Positions 37,001 to 46,594 of a stretch of DNA of 64,000 nt are shown in pieces; position 1 is the first letter of the stretch; every line of letters begins with the position of its first letter. Location: contig CM120640.1 of NCBI GenBank assembly GCA_051362555.1, forward strand, positions 16,492,001 to 16,556,000, read 5' to 3'. The notes beneath the pieces were generated by a model that did not search any database, was not told the origin of the DNA, and saw nothing but the letters and a program-made list of their open reading frames with translations. The position numbers and the translations under genes are program-made. Source of the stretch: Lingula anatina. Lineage: Eukaryota; Animalia; Brachiopoda.

Positions 37001-38576
37001 GTGAAGTGTAATAATCAGTGTCCATGTTTGCTTCTCTGGCATGTGAAAGATTTTTATTACCCTTTGTTGTATCAGTAACAGTCTGTGCTTCCAACTCCAT
37101 GTATTCCACCGAAGGTGACCTCTCTACACCTTTCTGTAAAGAAGACCCAAACATGTTCTGATCTTTTCTGTTTTGCTGTTTACTTTTTGCATAGCCATCA
37201 GAAGAAAATGATTCCTTATAAGTCTGGTTGGTCAATTCAATATATTCCCTGCTTGTAGGTGTCTCTATACCCTGGTCCACAATGTATCTAGCTCTGACTT
37301 CTGGATCAGTTGACATCTTAAGATCATGCACTGTGGTATCATGGTAGACCTCTTGCCCAATATCCAGTCTGTTGGGTCTCATAAACGACTGTCCAGATTC
37401 TTCCTGAGATTTATTCGACTGCACATCAACAATGGCATATGGTTCAACAGGTAAAGAAGCTGATGAAGACTCCAGAATAGTGGTATCATGGTTCACTGAA
37501 GTATCAAAGGCCTTATCTTCACCAAAAAACTCAGTTTTACTGTGTGGTGAATCAGGAGACGATGGTGAGCGAGGAGACGTCGACCTTAAGACATTTCTGA
37601 AATCTACCTGCACAGGTTCACTGTATCTCCACTCTTTTATTTCTTTGTTTTGTATCATATTATCAGAAATACGTCTTAAGGGTACGTGAATATTTTTCAC
37701 AAGCTCTTCTCCTCTTTGCTTTGAACCAGAGGCTATATGATCTTTGTCAACTTTTCGTAATGTCACCCAGTTTTGAATTGAAGATTCATTGTGTTCTCTA
37801 GATTCATCTACATCTTTTACAGAGGCATAACCAAGAGGGGTTGTTTTCAGAGGCATTGGCAGGGTTTTGGCAAACATGGCATGCATGTCATCATACCTGG
37901 AATCATCTAATTTCTTTGGTGCTGGAGTATTTTTTGAAGAGGCTTTTTTCTTTTTAGAATCTCTGAGAAATTTAATGGAGTACTCGTCCATACATTCTTG
38001 CCATATGTCCTCCTTGGACGCATGCCGCTTCTTTTTGCTCAGTCTACCTCTCTTTGGAGCATTTTCTTTATTCTTCATGGATGATCTTTTACGGCTTTTG
38101 CTAGAAAGTCTCCTGATTAAATCTGGTTTGTCTTGTTTACTTCCTTCATTTATGTCTACGGTGTCCACTGAACTAGTTGTGATAGTTTCAATTAAATGTG
38201 CTGTTTCTACATTATCTTGCCCAATCTCCATTTTCTCCTTTATGCTCTCCTCCAAATCACTGTCGCTTAAATCCTGTTCAGGACTCCAAGTTTTCTCAGC
38301 ACTTTCAGCCAGTGGTTCATTTGTGCTCACTTCCTCTGTAACTCCCCCTGCCTCCATTTCTGTCATCTCCCTGGGATGCGTGAACTCATCCGTGACTACA
38401 ATAGAAGGAATGGATTCCCATTCAGGATGTGTCCTCGGTTCTTGCTGATGGTAACGCTGTAGTATACGAGGTGTGTGAACCCTGAGAGTGCCGTCATCTG
38501 CCTGGGCAGCAGCGCTCATCCCTAGGGATTTGTAGTATTTCATTCGACCAGATTCTTTACTGTCTCCTTGACCCAT
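31098..38576 (-). CDS. Uncharacterised giant (~2492 aa) single-exon intrinsically disordered protein; predicted N-myristoylated scaffold
   Basis: 7.5-kb ORF with no stop. First ATG at 38576 is in strong Kozak context (AATATGG) and gives MGQGDSK. Acceptor TTTTAG at 38599-38594 just upstream. S/E/K/T-rich with no globular domain recognised. The ORF track start at 38591 is a GTG. Confidence 0.88.
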   Translation of the reverse strand: MGQGDSKESGRMKYYKSLGMSAAAQADDGTLRVHTPRILQRYHQQEPRTHPEWESIPSIVVTDEFTHPREMTEMEAGGVTEEVSTNEPLAESAEKTWSPEQDLSDSDLEESIKEKMEIGQDNVETAHLIETITTSSVDTVDINEGSKQDKPDLIRRLSSKSRKRSSMKNKENAPKRGRLSKKKRHASKEDIWQECMDEYSIKFLRDSKKKKASSKNTPAPKKLDDSRYDDMHAMFAKTLPMPLKTTPLGYASVKDVDESREHNESSIQNWVTLRKVDKDHIASGSKQRGEELVKNIHVPLRRISDNMIQNKEIKEWRYSEPVQVDFRNVLRSTSPRSPSSPDSPHSKTEFFGEDKAFDTSVNHDTTILESSSASLPVEPYAIVDVQSNKSQEESGQSFMRPNRLDIGQEVYHDTTVHDLKMSTDPEVRARYIVDQGIETPTSREYIELTNQTYKESFSSDGYAKSKQQNRKDQNMFGSSLQKGVERSPSVEYMELEAQTVTDTTKGNKNLSHAREANMDTDYYTSHQSILTRDEVISRESKASNDQWNIRKGIPISTDKVTVVEEQRSSNTGILTNKFGTKADTELVKQTNHIQQEDLVPVLVSDKELSTNQLDKKESFKHIGKTSEMTVTKLSSASESESPEVSRKHPLGDTRDQLAISQRSVWQHNKENTQQADRVISPESQAATDISASLYHSSLVESEIDIPSGSTSPSTRTPSPTLEEHMRPSSDIQSSALGKYEDIVTPLASENNLVYDDAHQVFIEKQWDTAISSNHQTFPVSGQIRSSTGHTALEAVPEKVNVSNVSNSEKQQEYTEKEFQNYTIEDVSNSKVDSHAFLSSREMQSNIFPIVKVNNTGGHDESGHAFTKLKVNRDDSNWTMYNPNTSNTKRFGNVLTGTPSRYVSTQQSSRRYGTSPYFWKESGHQGASFSGDQHFVRSYTDGGVKVTKYRHSEHDEVKPGQIEELAKQHFQSNMKMFSEKLVPASPRIQENINVHKKVESVPEVQMESVDEVSMTAHGSVNLQAPSGNGPKLPKANVTTQEHFLPSVVVDESNIYMEVLPAEDNTASNSYKTSTYLRSGDQSEGKTDLQDEIITTRKIKVHSDSGSHARANPNILQDMSAVEETMSIDDRIDSYFKDIDTKSSHAIKSVKEAHDNPDGNQRQITKLKVIRHNEKSTGRPAGLERQQPAESVISKVTSWMKSRDRESESTVVQENHKPDINKRFREEIYIENEAPENFGIATQDTDNEGRSKPEIISKSTTEGIHMEKIVPEINQTSTEKMDIETQRKVDINRSTAEIHLEKGSPKAKERSEKDIESRARSDSSKAFREEGLMPNRVPEKQTLTKEIYIEKKTMPGYISDAKNRDFLAREGVAVSQEYDEVTIDRTITKELVDVENDMTDESETFESTSDIIGTIFDKIGGRKSKMNSAMDEVSGSEKKNTAIDGVPDEIHHSKKSDSDDSETLQTDRPLNKAQAPKEPKKAENIKMDKQDDKMAQKKKEEKDGKSPHWETPTVSAGDKNPKTNNSNSPNRKFHPETHLPRTHDSLNFSEAKGDFTVPVDNTKSHPSARQPVTRPRPHFKRAYVQGYQPRSFTNTTFETNVDPYEDKSYLSPYSKMLKAKIDEMKNATIHVDLSVDRTQGVGEMPTKVDPSVVRDQDITQDTSATATAYIGGEPRTVTVSMLEEVFFWKKKEPEKAEITTVSESVTTRNETAHINTMKEEMYVETTENKDDNVVPFGPGKKLEPLEAVTTLSEPNFSTEKNVSLQKVYNVELQKIPTEEVHEKPELPTRKEKNVTPVDLGTAQMQAKEPIQEIVMDDDIVAEKVKPRDFKIRWPEVDENDGEKQQVASSTIDMKEVLEKPVTGVKTNVNEIILQKPVEEEPVKAHAETSKPKRKLVSEGTSMTGGITSKEEISMTDPIPKEKPEEEQEVGAHIEDYEAEEETQEIVTNLENEFEEEEDQEATERFDDDFELESQRYTPIEKEPRSEVPTIVAGLTEEESEKSERDFPKMTFSMMSFDIKNSALTRSKDSTDPLRSSAGTPDTVRSATMDFRPESAASSTASSILSPGAESSRSFTFVIPPQDARNSPSGNGMTNVSLTIPNPQKDGPNNQYVAVKETTEEKVVQALDEHGNPLAPPQRSVETLRTLFQSPQEPNPNGATALNIDSTGSLTTVALPYLPVGNRNNQLEAPVKGDMQTHSMTFRPLSPNEQGVSGYTFEETVVREKQFSTKSIKDPSGPYPALPPASERPTSRGSTVPPKSPMSPLQKGSDSVDPVSPSSTMSSGPTQWRGRGEATSRSQTGSPRSVVQQESPEAFSPSSTMSSGTSLQKERGQPPVRRYQTGSPARGRDSPSRPYSPSENRLSQQQQSTKGRHMYQQSVSSRTISASSPSEYQVFVKGHGPGGRQSPPAKHNQSLNRFHKDPNQLRRQSNSASQSHSSNQTFSMQRHLRKGQVFHDQRGSMVAGATHEENVDSSLGRHPVRSGKGKWTSTPMGNI

Positions 38577-40841
38577 ATTGGTGTTCTTCACAACTAAAAT
38601 TTAAGTACACAATTCAGATCATTTTAACGGGAACTCAGTTTAAAAAGTAAAACTTGTGTAAAAATATATTATGACACATCAAAATCAAATTGTATTCATT
38701 AGCCGACTTACAATTAAAATAAATATTATAATATTTAAAGGATTTTACCAGTATAAAAAGAGCTTAATGAAATGTAAATTAAGAAGTAAATTACAGTTAT
38801 ACTAAGTCAATTTTTATTACCTTACATTACAGTTAAACTTCAATACTAAAACATAACTTTCAAGAAACAAAAAACTTGAAACTGTGTAAATGATAATAAA
38901 CTTTAAAACTTATCAGAAATATCTTCAAGAACTGATTAGCAGACAAATAAAATAAAGTACTTAGAAATATCAAATACCTTAAAAAACATATTTTAGTTTA
39001 ATTATTAATACTAAGATAACTTACACTTTTCTAAAATCTAGTTTGGCACTGCACTGTATGCTCTACTTCTTCATAAAGACAGTCAACAAGCACTGATGAA
39101 CAACTTTTTCTATAGCCAACAAGTCCAATGGATCAAATTGCCAATTTGACAGAAATGTGCATAAACGGACAGTCCAGCTTCGGGCAAGGGATGGTAGTTC
39201 TGTCAAGAGACATCCAGAGAGACAGAAAAAAATCTTCCTGCAGTTCTACAACCTAGGTCACAATTAGGTTATCTGTAGGTCTAGCCTATGGCACAAAATT
39301 AGCAGACTCATCCAATACAAATATAGCTTCAGACTATGGTAACCTGTCAAATTTTAAATCCTCTGTTCACCTGATTTGTAACCACTGGTCTTATTAATGT
39401 ACAATCAAAAGAAACATTTACGCAGTAAGGTGTCAAAATATAAGCTTGCCTCTTCTGAGTTTTCTTCAATCCACAATAGAATCATTTAAAATTCCAGTCG
39501 AAACACAGGATGTGCAAATCACCAGTGAACAGCTCATTGCCAGCAGACAACAAGACTTGCATATGACACTTGCATCAGTTGCTGTTGGTAGGATTGGCTA
39601 CAGGTATTTTGACACCAAGCCGGTAGAGCATACTTCTGGTTAGTGCCAGCCACTTGTCACATTAGCAGTCACAAAGTGTGCCAGACGAATACACTGGAAT
39701 GTGTATTCTCATCATCAAAGTATAACGATAAGGCCCAGAGGCACTTGAAAGGTGCTTAAAATTTTGTTTACTCCTGCAGTTCGATTCTGGTGCCATTTCA
39801 CCCTGAAGGTATGGAAGCTGCATTGACTCCCTTCCAGCAGATATGACTATTTACACCCTTGGCCTCAGGACATATGCATGATTTTATTTGGTTTTACCAG
39901 TGCCCAATTCCATCTGTGATGAATGATTTACAATATGTACGGTTAAAAAATAAGTGTAATTACTGAGATTTAGTAAAAATTTGTTTATACGGTATTTTTT
40001 CATCTATCATTTCATTTTACATGTGCAATTTGAATGAAAAATTCTCCTTTTCCTGATAATCAATGAGATGGAATGCTGGGGAGAAATTGACATAATTTTC
40101 AGCAACAATATTGAGTTCATGCTTATTGTAGTCATTTATTCCAACCAGACTTTGCCCTAGCCCCTAGTTTGTTTAAATAAATGATTAAAAAGTAAGTTCT
40201 GTCCTTTAATGATTCACCAGCTTTACAGGTATCGAATTTCATTTGAACAAAGAACTTCTTCTGAAAATATGTATTTATTCATGGTTAATAAATAATATTG
40301 ATGTTACCAGGTTATATTAGTACATATCTTGAAGTGTTTCATCTTATATGATCTTGGTAAGGCAGTGAAATAAGAAAACCGAATGTATTGCTTCTTTTCA
40401 ATTCCAACTGTGACAACTGAAATACGTAGTACATCCTACATGAGCTAATACATAACATAGATAATACATAACATAACAAAGATTTTAACCACAGAGGCCA
40501 ATCCAATGGCAGACGGTGGCAGTGCAATGGACAGCAGAAAGTTCATATTGACTTCTGTTAGCTGGAGATTCAGGCACAAATTCAACTGAGATAAGGATGC
40601 TTAGATAGAAATACTTAGTCATTGCAACTTGACTTAGGTTTGTCGTACTTCTGCTCATAAACTAATTTCTACACCTCCTTCAATAGCGCTGTTTCTGTAA
40701 CTGTATCACTCTTATTGCATTTTCGTATGTTCACTTAACAGATAGATAGGCAATGTTAGTCAGATCACAGTAACCAGTTATGCAGGTTAAATGCACAATA
40801 TTTTATACTAATGATAATTTTTGTCACTATCAACCATAAAG

Positions 40842-43733
40842 CTACTTGTCATCAGCTGGAAAATGAATTCCAAGTTGACGTCTGACTTCATCCAAGATTT
40901 CCATGTTCCACAAACTGTGTTCATGAGGCATGGTGCTGCTCTCAAGTTCTCCTAGAAAAGCATAAAAAAACAGTAAATTAACTTCTCAACTCTTCTTTTC
41001 ATAAAAGAGAAAATCAAATATTCATGGATTAAGACAATGATGCTATAAACACTTTTAGTATAAATAACTTTCTGCATTAAATAGACATGTAACCCAAAGT
41101 TGAAACAACTTTAAAGACAAGTACAACTGGTACAACTATTAAGAATTCAGGTATACATATGTACAAAACCATGGAAAAAATTATGCCCAGTAAACTCAAT
41201 TTTCAAACTCTTGAATTCTGATTTTCATATTAACAAGTAAAATTAACCAGTCTCATCTCCAGAACTCTGATACCTGCTTAAGTCTAGATCATAATTTTGT
41301 ACACAGTTTTAGAAGCACTTTAGCTCCCACTAAGGCTTAAAGGGAAAATGCTAAACATTCCAGGAAAATTCAAGAATCGACCATATAAAGCTCTAACAAA
41401 CATAGTGTCTTAAATTTTTTTCTTCACCAACTGTTTATGCAAACCTTTGATCAGGCACTGTCTCACAGCCTCTGCCTGGTACTGGAAACCACCAGTATTT
41501 GGATAATTCCCCTTTACTGCAGGCTCAGGTGCAGGAAAACTTAATGTCTCAGTTGGTGTTTTTAATTCCACAGGACACCACTGTACAGGGCCAATTTTCA
41601 TGGAACCCTTTGTTCCATATACAGTCACACTGTTTGTTGGGGTGCATGTCACTTCCAATGCTGTCTTGATAACTGCTGCCCTGCCATTGCTGTAAATGAG
41701 GGTCACAATAGCTAGCTTATCTGTTCCTGGAATAATAATAATAATAATAGAATAATAAGAATAATGTGCAGAATACTTAGTGGATTTTCCCTGAAGGCTT
41801 CAACTTAATACACATGTAATATCATATGACCATTACAATAAATTGTACATTGCTTCTTATGTTTGCTAAGTTACCAGTTTCAGTAAATATCAAAATACGA
41901 TTTTAAATAATAAAATCACAAACATATACAATATATAGATGATTTTAAAGTTCAGGAATTACTTAAAGTATTCTGACCTGTGTCATATAAATGTCCACTT
42001 GCAGATATTTTCATGGGTTTCTCCCCATATATCATGGAGCAATACTGGATCCCATAGCAACCCAACAACATTATAGATCCCCCTGAATAACTGGGACTAA
42101 AAAACTTCTCTAGTGGATTTTCTAACAAATTGTAGAACCCCCTGGTATCAACCAGTCTGACATCACCAATGGAACCATTTGTTATTTCTTCTCGAAGTTT
42201 AATGGCCGCTGGGAAGAATCTGGTCCAAAAACCCTATAGTGATATAATAATTTCTTATAATGAAAATGTCTACAACATAGCCCTAACCTGTCCCATGCTG
42301 TTACTATATTGTATTGATCTTTAAGGGTCTTTCAGTGCCCATTGCTTTCAGAGAGTATGTAGCTGTTACTTTTTGTTTCCCATTGTAATGCATCACCACG
42401 CATGGAGGGTAATGTGTACTTGTGACTGAAGTTAACATTAATTCTGCAGAAGAAAAAAAGACTTTAAATTGTACATTGTAATTTTTTATTTTATGCTTCT
42501 TGTTGAATGGAGGGACAGTTTTAAATTTAAATGATATTGCTTATGAAAAGAAAAAAAATAATGCAATAAAATAATAATAAATAATGACAAAATAACCTCT
42601 TCCTTACCTCCATTAAGAACAGCTTCTTTTCTTTAGCTAGAGATATCATCTCCTGAGCTTCTTTGAGGTTGGAAGCCAAAGGTTTCTCACATAACACTGG
42701 TTTACCATGGTTCAGCATGAGTAGAGTCAGGCGGCAGTGTTCGTGTGTGGCAGTGCCAATATATATTACATCTGAAATGGAGAATAATATCATATATAAT
42801 TTCTTATTTATCAGAAAAACACAGGCTATGGTAGGCCTGCACTCTCTTGAGTTTTTTTTTTTTTTGTTAAACATGAAATTCAAAGGAAATAAAATGTGAT
42901 AATTCTTAAAACAATGTTTTGTTAGTTACACTTATTAACATTTGTTGATTCAAAAGTAATGAACAGTAAATTGATTCCATGGAAGAAGGTACATTTTTGT
43001 AAGTAACTGACATGGTATTTTGCTGATATTTGGCTTAAACTTTCACTTACCCACATCATTATCTCTGGCTAATTCTTCATAACTTCCATAAGCATTGGTG
43101 ATTTGGTGTAATTTTGCGAAGTCCTGCGCACGAGCAAGGTCCCTGGCTGCTACTGCTACAACCTTATGGGTACACATAATGAATTAATCACCAATCTTAG
43201 CAGCAGAAACAACTATCTAGCCTTCTTAAAATAACATACAAACATAATGACTGAAATATGGTCCTTCCACTGTATTTCAAACAATATATTATACATAATA
43301 AATAAGCTTACAAGTAACTCTATAGTACTAAGTTTTTTTGAATACAACATTATACTTATAATATTAAAACATTGAATTTTTTTTTTTAATTTGACAGACT
43401 GCAAACTGCTTTACCAGCAATTTAGACTAGAATATAGAACAATCCCGTTTATTTTTCAGAAGCACAATGGGGAGGGGGGATTGCTAATCTTGCTTTGAGC
43501 TAATTACTCCAAAAAATGAGTTATGACAGCATTATTTGTCTGTTGATGTACAATATATGGTACATTTGCACATGCATGCATACAGTAACTATAACACCTT
43601 GAAATATTCATAAGTATTTCAAATACCATACCTTGTGTTCTGCATGAGGGAGAGTACGAAGAGCACTGACAAAGTCATGGCAAATTTTCCCTGCACTGCA
43701 AATGCCCCATTGAAGACATGCCTTGGTTGCCAT
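40842..43733 (-). CDS. DHDH: Trans-1,2-dihydrobenzene-1,2-diol dehydrogenase-like (Gfo/Idh/MocA), paralog A, 341 aa
   Basis: Exons 43733-43632, 43162-43051, 42771-42608, 42233-41978, 41726-41445, 40951-40842; frame intact. Motifs [49 protein letters not shown]. Non-coding first-exon donor at ~44526. Confidence 0.93.
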
Positions 43734-44950
43734 CTGCTTTGATACATAAAAAAAAATTGTAAAATTGTGATTACTTAAAAAAATAAGGCAAAACTTACAA
43801 TGACATGATGTGGATTTTGACATTAAGAACCAGTTGAAATTTGAGGCAGGTCTGAAAAATAACACAAGTCAACACCTGGACTCTAAACCTTTTTATTACA
43901 CAAATCCTCATTCTAAATTGCACTAACAGGCCAAAAAGTCAAGCATAATAATAGGGGCTTCAAAAGTAAATATAAAGGGATGCTTTGGGTGCTTGCATGT
44001 GTCAGTGGACATTGGCAACAAGCTGGATTCAAAAGCAGTTTTATGTGCGAAAACTTAAATTTGCTTCACAATGATCGTAAGTTTGTGAGTAGCTTTTTTA
44101 TGAACTTTGTGTTGATAACGACACGAGTCAGAAGTCGGTCTTCTATGGTCTTATATTAAGGGAGGGGGGGGGGGGGGGTCGTAAGGTGTGAATTCAATTT
44201 CTAGGCGCCTCCAGCTCTACGCTTACGGAACAACAACAGTGGGACATGCACGCATGCATGGGTGGGATTTGTTTTTGAATTCATCTTGTACATTCTTCTA
44301 ACAGATGGTGTAATGTAACAGCCTAACGGTGCCACGAATATACATAATGTAGATTCCACCCCCGAAAAGGTTGGTTCACGTTACAACGATCCCATCGTCA
44401 TGCTGGTGCAATTGCGATGCATGATTGTCTAAATCATACGCATACATTAATCCGGTAGGCACTGGCATTTCTTTGAACGCCAGGAGAAAACTGTAATGGC
44501 AAAACTGTAATGGGCAGAAAGATTACCTTCTTGACTTTATAATGGCGACAGTACACAGGACAACACGCGGTCAATAGGTAGAGCAATGACGAACACAGGG
44601 GGCGCCACTCAATAATTTTTGTGAGAAAGTATTTGCATCAGTTGATACTTGAGTCATCGAAACGAAGCTTTGTTTTTCCTATTTGATTTTCACATGAAAC
44701 AGTGTATTCGAGTATCTTCAACAGGAATGCCTGGCCGTTGTGCCCGTCTTGTGAAAAGACGTTTCTAGCAGACGACAGGACTCTACTTGGTACTGTAGAT
44801 CGACCCAATACTCTACCAGAACTCTTTACAGGACTGCCACCCTTATTACTACACAGGGTCGTAGGCCGAGAAAATGTTTGTGGCAGCCCCCTAATACAGA
44901 TCACTTCCTTCATTTCTTACCTGATTAAAATGTGTTCCAATCCCATTGTC

Positions 44951-45122
44951 GGGGCCGTAGCGATAGTCCGAAGGTTCAATAGTCCGAAGGTTCATTGGTC
45001 CGAATGTTCTCTGTAGAACCTTCGGACCAATGAACCCTTGATTAAAAAATCGATAAAAATGTTACCACTTTTCGGACCAATGAACCTTCGGACCAACGAA
45101 CCTTCGGACTATCGAGACGCCC
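44951..45122. mobile_element. MULE/Foldback-like MITE with subterminal repeats and 9-bp TSD
   Basis: Direct repeat CCCATTGTC at 44942-44950 and 45123-45131. Inverted arrays of ~16-bp T(A/G)GTCCGAAGGTTCA units at both ends. Confidence 0.85.
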
Positions 45123-46114
45123 CCCATTGTCTTGTGAGCCAGAATAAAGTCTGGCTCTGCAGCAGAATATAAGAGACTTGAAGATGCATCAGACATCACG
45201 ACGTGAATGTAAACGACCCCTGGATGTAAACTTTCTTTTAAAAACAAAACTAATTTTCCATCTATAGTGTGTATAATGTAAAATGTTGGTCAAATATTTT
45301 CCAGCAAATAATAGAAGCAAAGACTATTACAATTTAAACTTGTAAGGGCAGTGGTTTCAACAATGCAGAATAAAGAGAAAGCAAATTTTGTTGCCAAATA
45401 TCACCAGCATTTTCCTGTCTGTTCATGTTATAATGATGTCAAAATTTATGGAGGCTTCAACTTAGATAAAAGTGTATGGATAAAACAATAAAGATGCAGC
45501 ATTTTAATGTGTTTATTCTTCATAAAAGCAGCAATTTATGGTTATATTACAGATGAGATCCAAGCTGCTTGTGCAATTTTATACTTTGTTTAAATTTGTG
45601 CACCTACTTAAAATATAAAAATAAACAATATAACAATTAACTTAGGCCTATAAAGAAAAAAAACATAGGCCATAGGCCACAAGTACAGTACTCTCCCTTG
45701 AACTTTCCTGTTCAAAGTCAGTATTAAAAGCTCAGTATTGCTGCCAGACAACATTTTCTTTGTTTGTTAAACAAGTATAACATTATTTCTTCCAGTATGC
45801 ATCATATGCAGCTAGTTTGTCATGGTCAAGAGTTTGTCAACAATTATTTCTAAATATGGGTCAAGCTGTTTTAGCTCTTCTTTACTACAGCCCAGCACAT
45901 GATTCCCAACAGCATCAGTGGATACAAGAAATGTCTTACTCCAGTAGGCAGAGTCAACCAGGTGAGCATAAGTTATGTTTCTACAGTATATGGGTTCAAT
46001 CCATGTGTAAAGAGTGCAAATATCTTAATCATTTTCAAGCACCATGCAGGGCAATCTTAAAAATTTGTGATCATGGATCATGTAAAAAAGTAGTTAAAGA
46101 CTGCAACTTGCTTT

Positions 46115-46201
46115 GGTCACCTCTTGGCTAATTTCAGCCCTCAGCTAGAATAACTGACCTCTGCCCTGCCTTTGGTCAATCATCCTAGCTAAGAGGTGAC
46201 C
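46115..46201. repeat. Inverted repeat/hairpin, probably a DNA-transposon remnant, downstream of DHDH-B
   Basis: GGTCACCTCTTGGCTA (46115-46130) / TAGCTAAGAGGTGACC (46186-46201), 15 of 16 complementary. Confidence 0.6.
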
Positions 46202-46594
46202 TCAGCCAAAGTCAATAACTGTATATAGGAAGCCAATCTATTTGCAGATAATTTCAGTGGCAATGATACAGACAACAGAGAGATCATGGACAACATAAAT
46301 ATTCTTAGCTTGAAATCTAATCACAAACTCTGTAGAGATATGAATACAAAATCATTGGACTGAGTATAAATTGCAACTTCGTCAGAAAATGTGCCTTAAT
46401 TTTGCTAAAACAATTTCTATACTTCTCTCCACATCATCATTTCTCTAACTTATCAAATGTAAGTGTTCTTAATGTAAGTTTACTTATTGGATAGCTATAG
46501 TACCCCATGCAATTCAAATCACAGTCACCAGTTACATCAAGAAATTTGACATCAATGATAATATTCATCACTTTCAACCATGAAACTACTTTAA

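Noticed and set aside
31112-38448. Many 60-190 aa plus-strand ORFs inside the giant ORF (and inside 15623-17218)
   Set aside because: Antisense shadows of S/E/K-rich coding sequence, with no splice or domain support.
15623-38576. Possibility that the orphan proteins are KEAP1 substrates or a PPP1R15/GADD34 homolog
   Set aside because: I found no ETGE/STGE-type motif in either protein, and the 531-aa protein lacks the KVRF...W...DRxRF signature.
44951-45122. Short repeats that superficially resemble a CRISPR array
   Set aside because: Repeats are directly adjacent without unique spacers, inverted at the two ends and flanked by a TSD, which fits a MITE in a eukaryotic genome.
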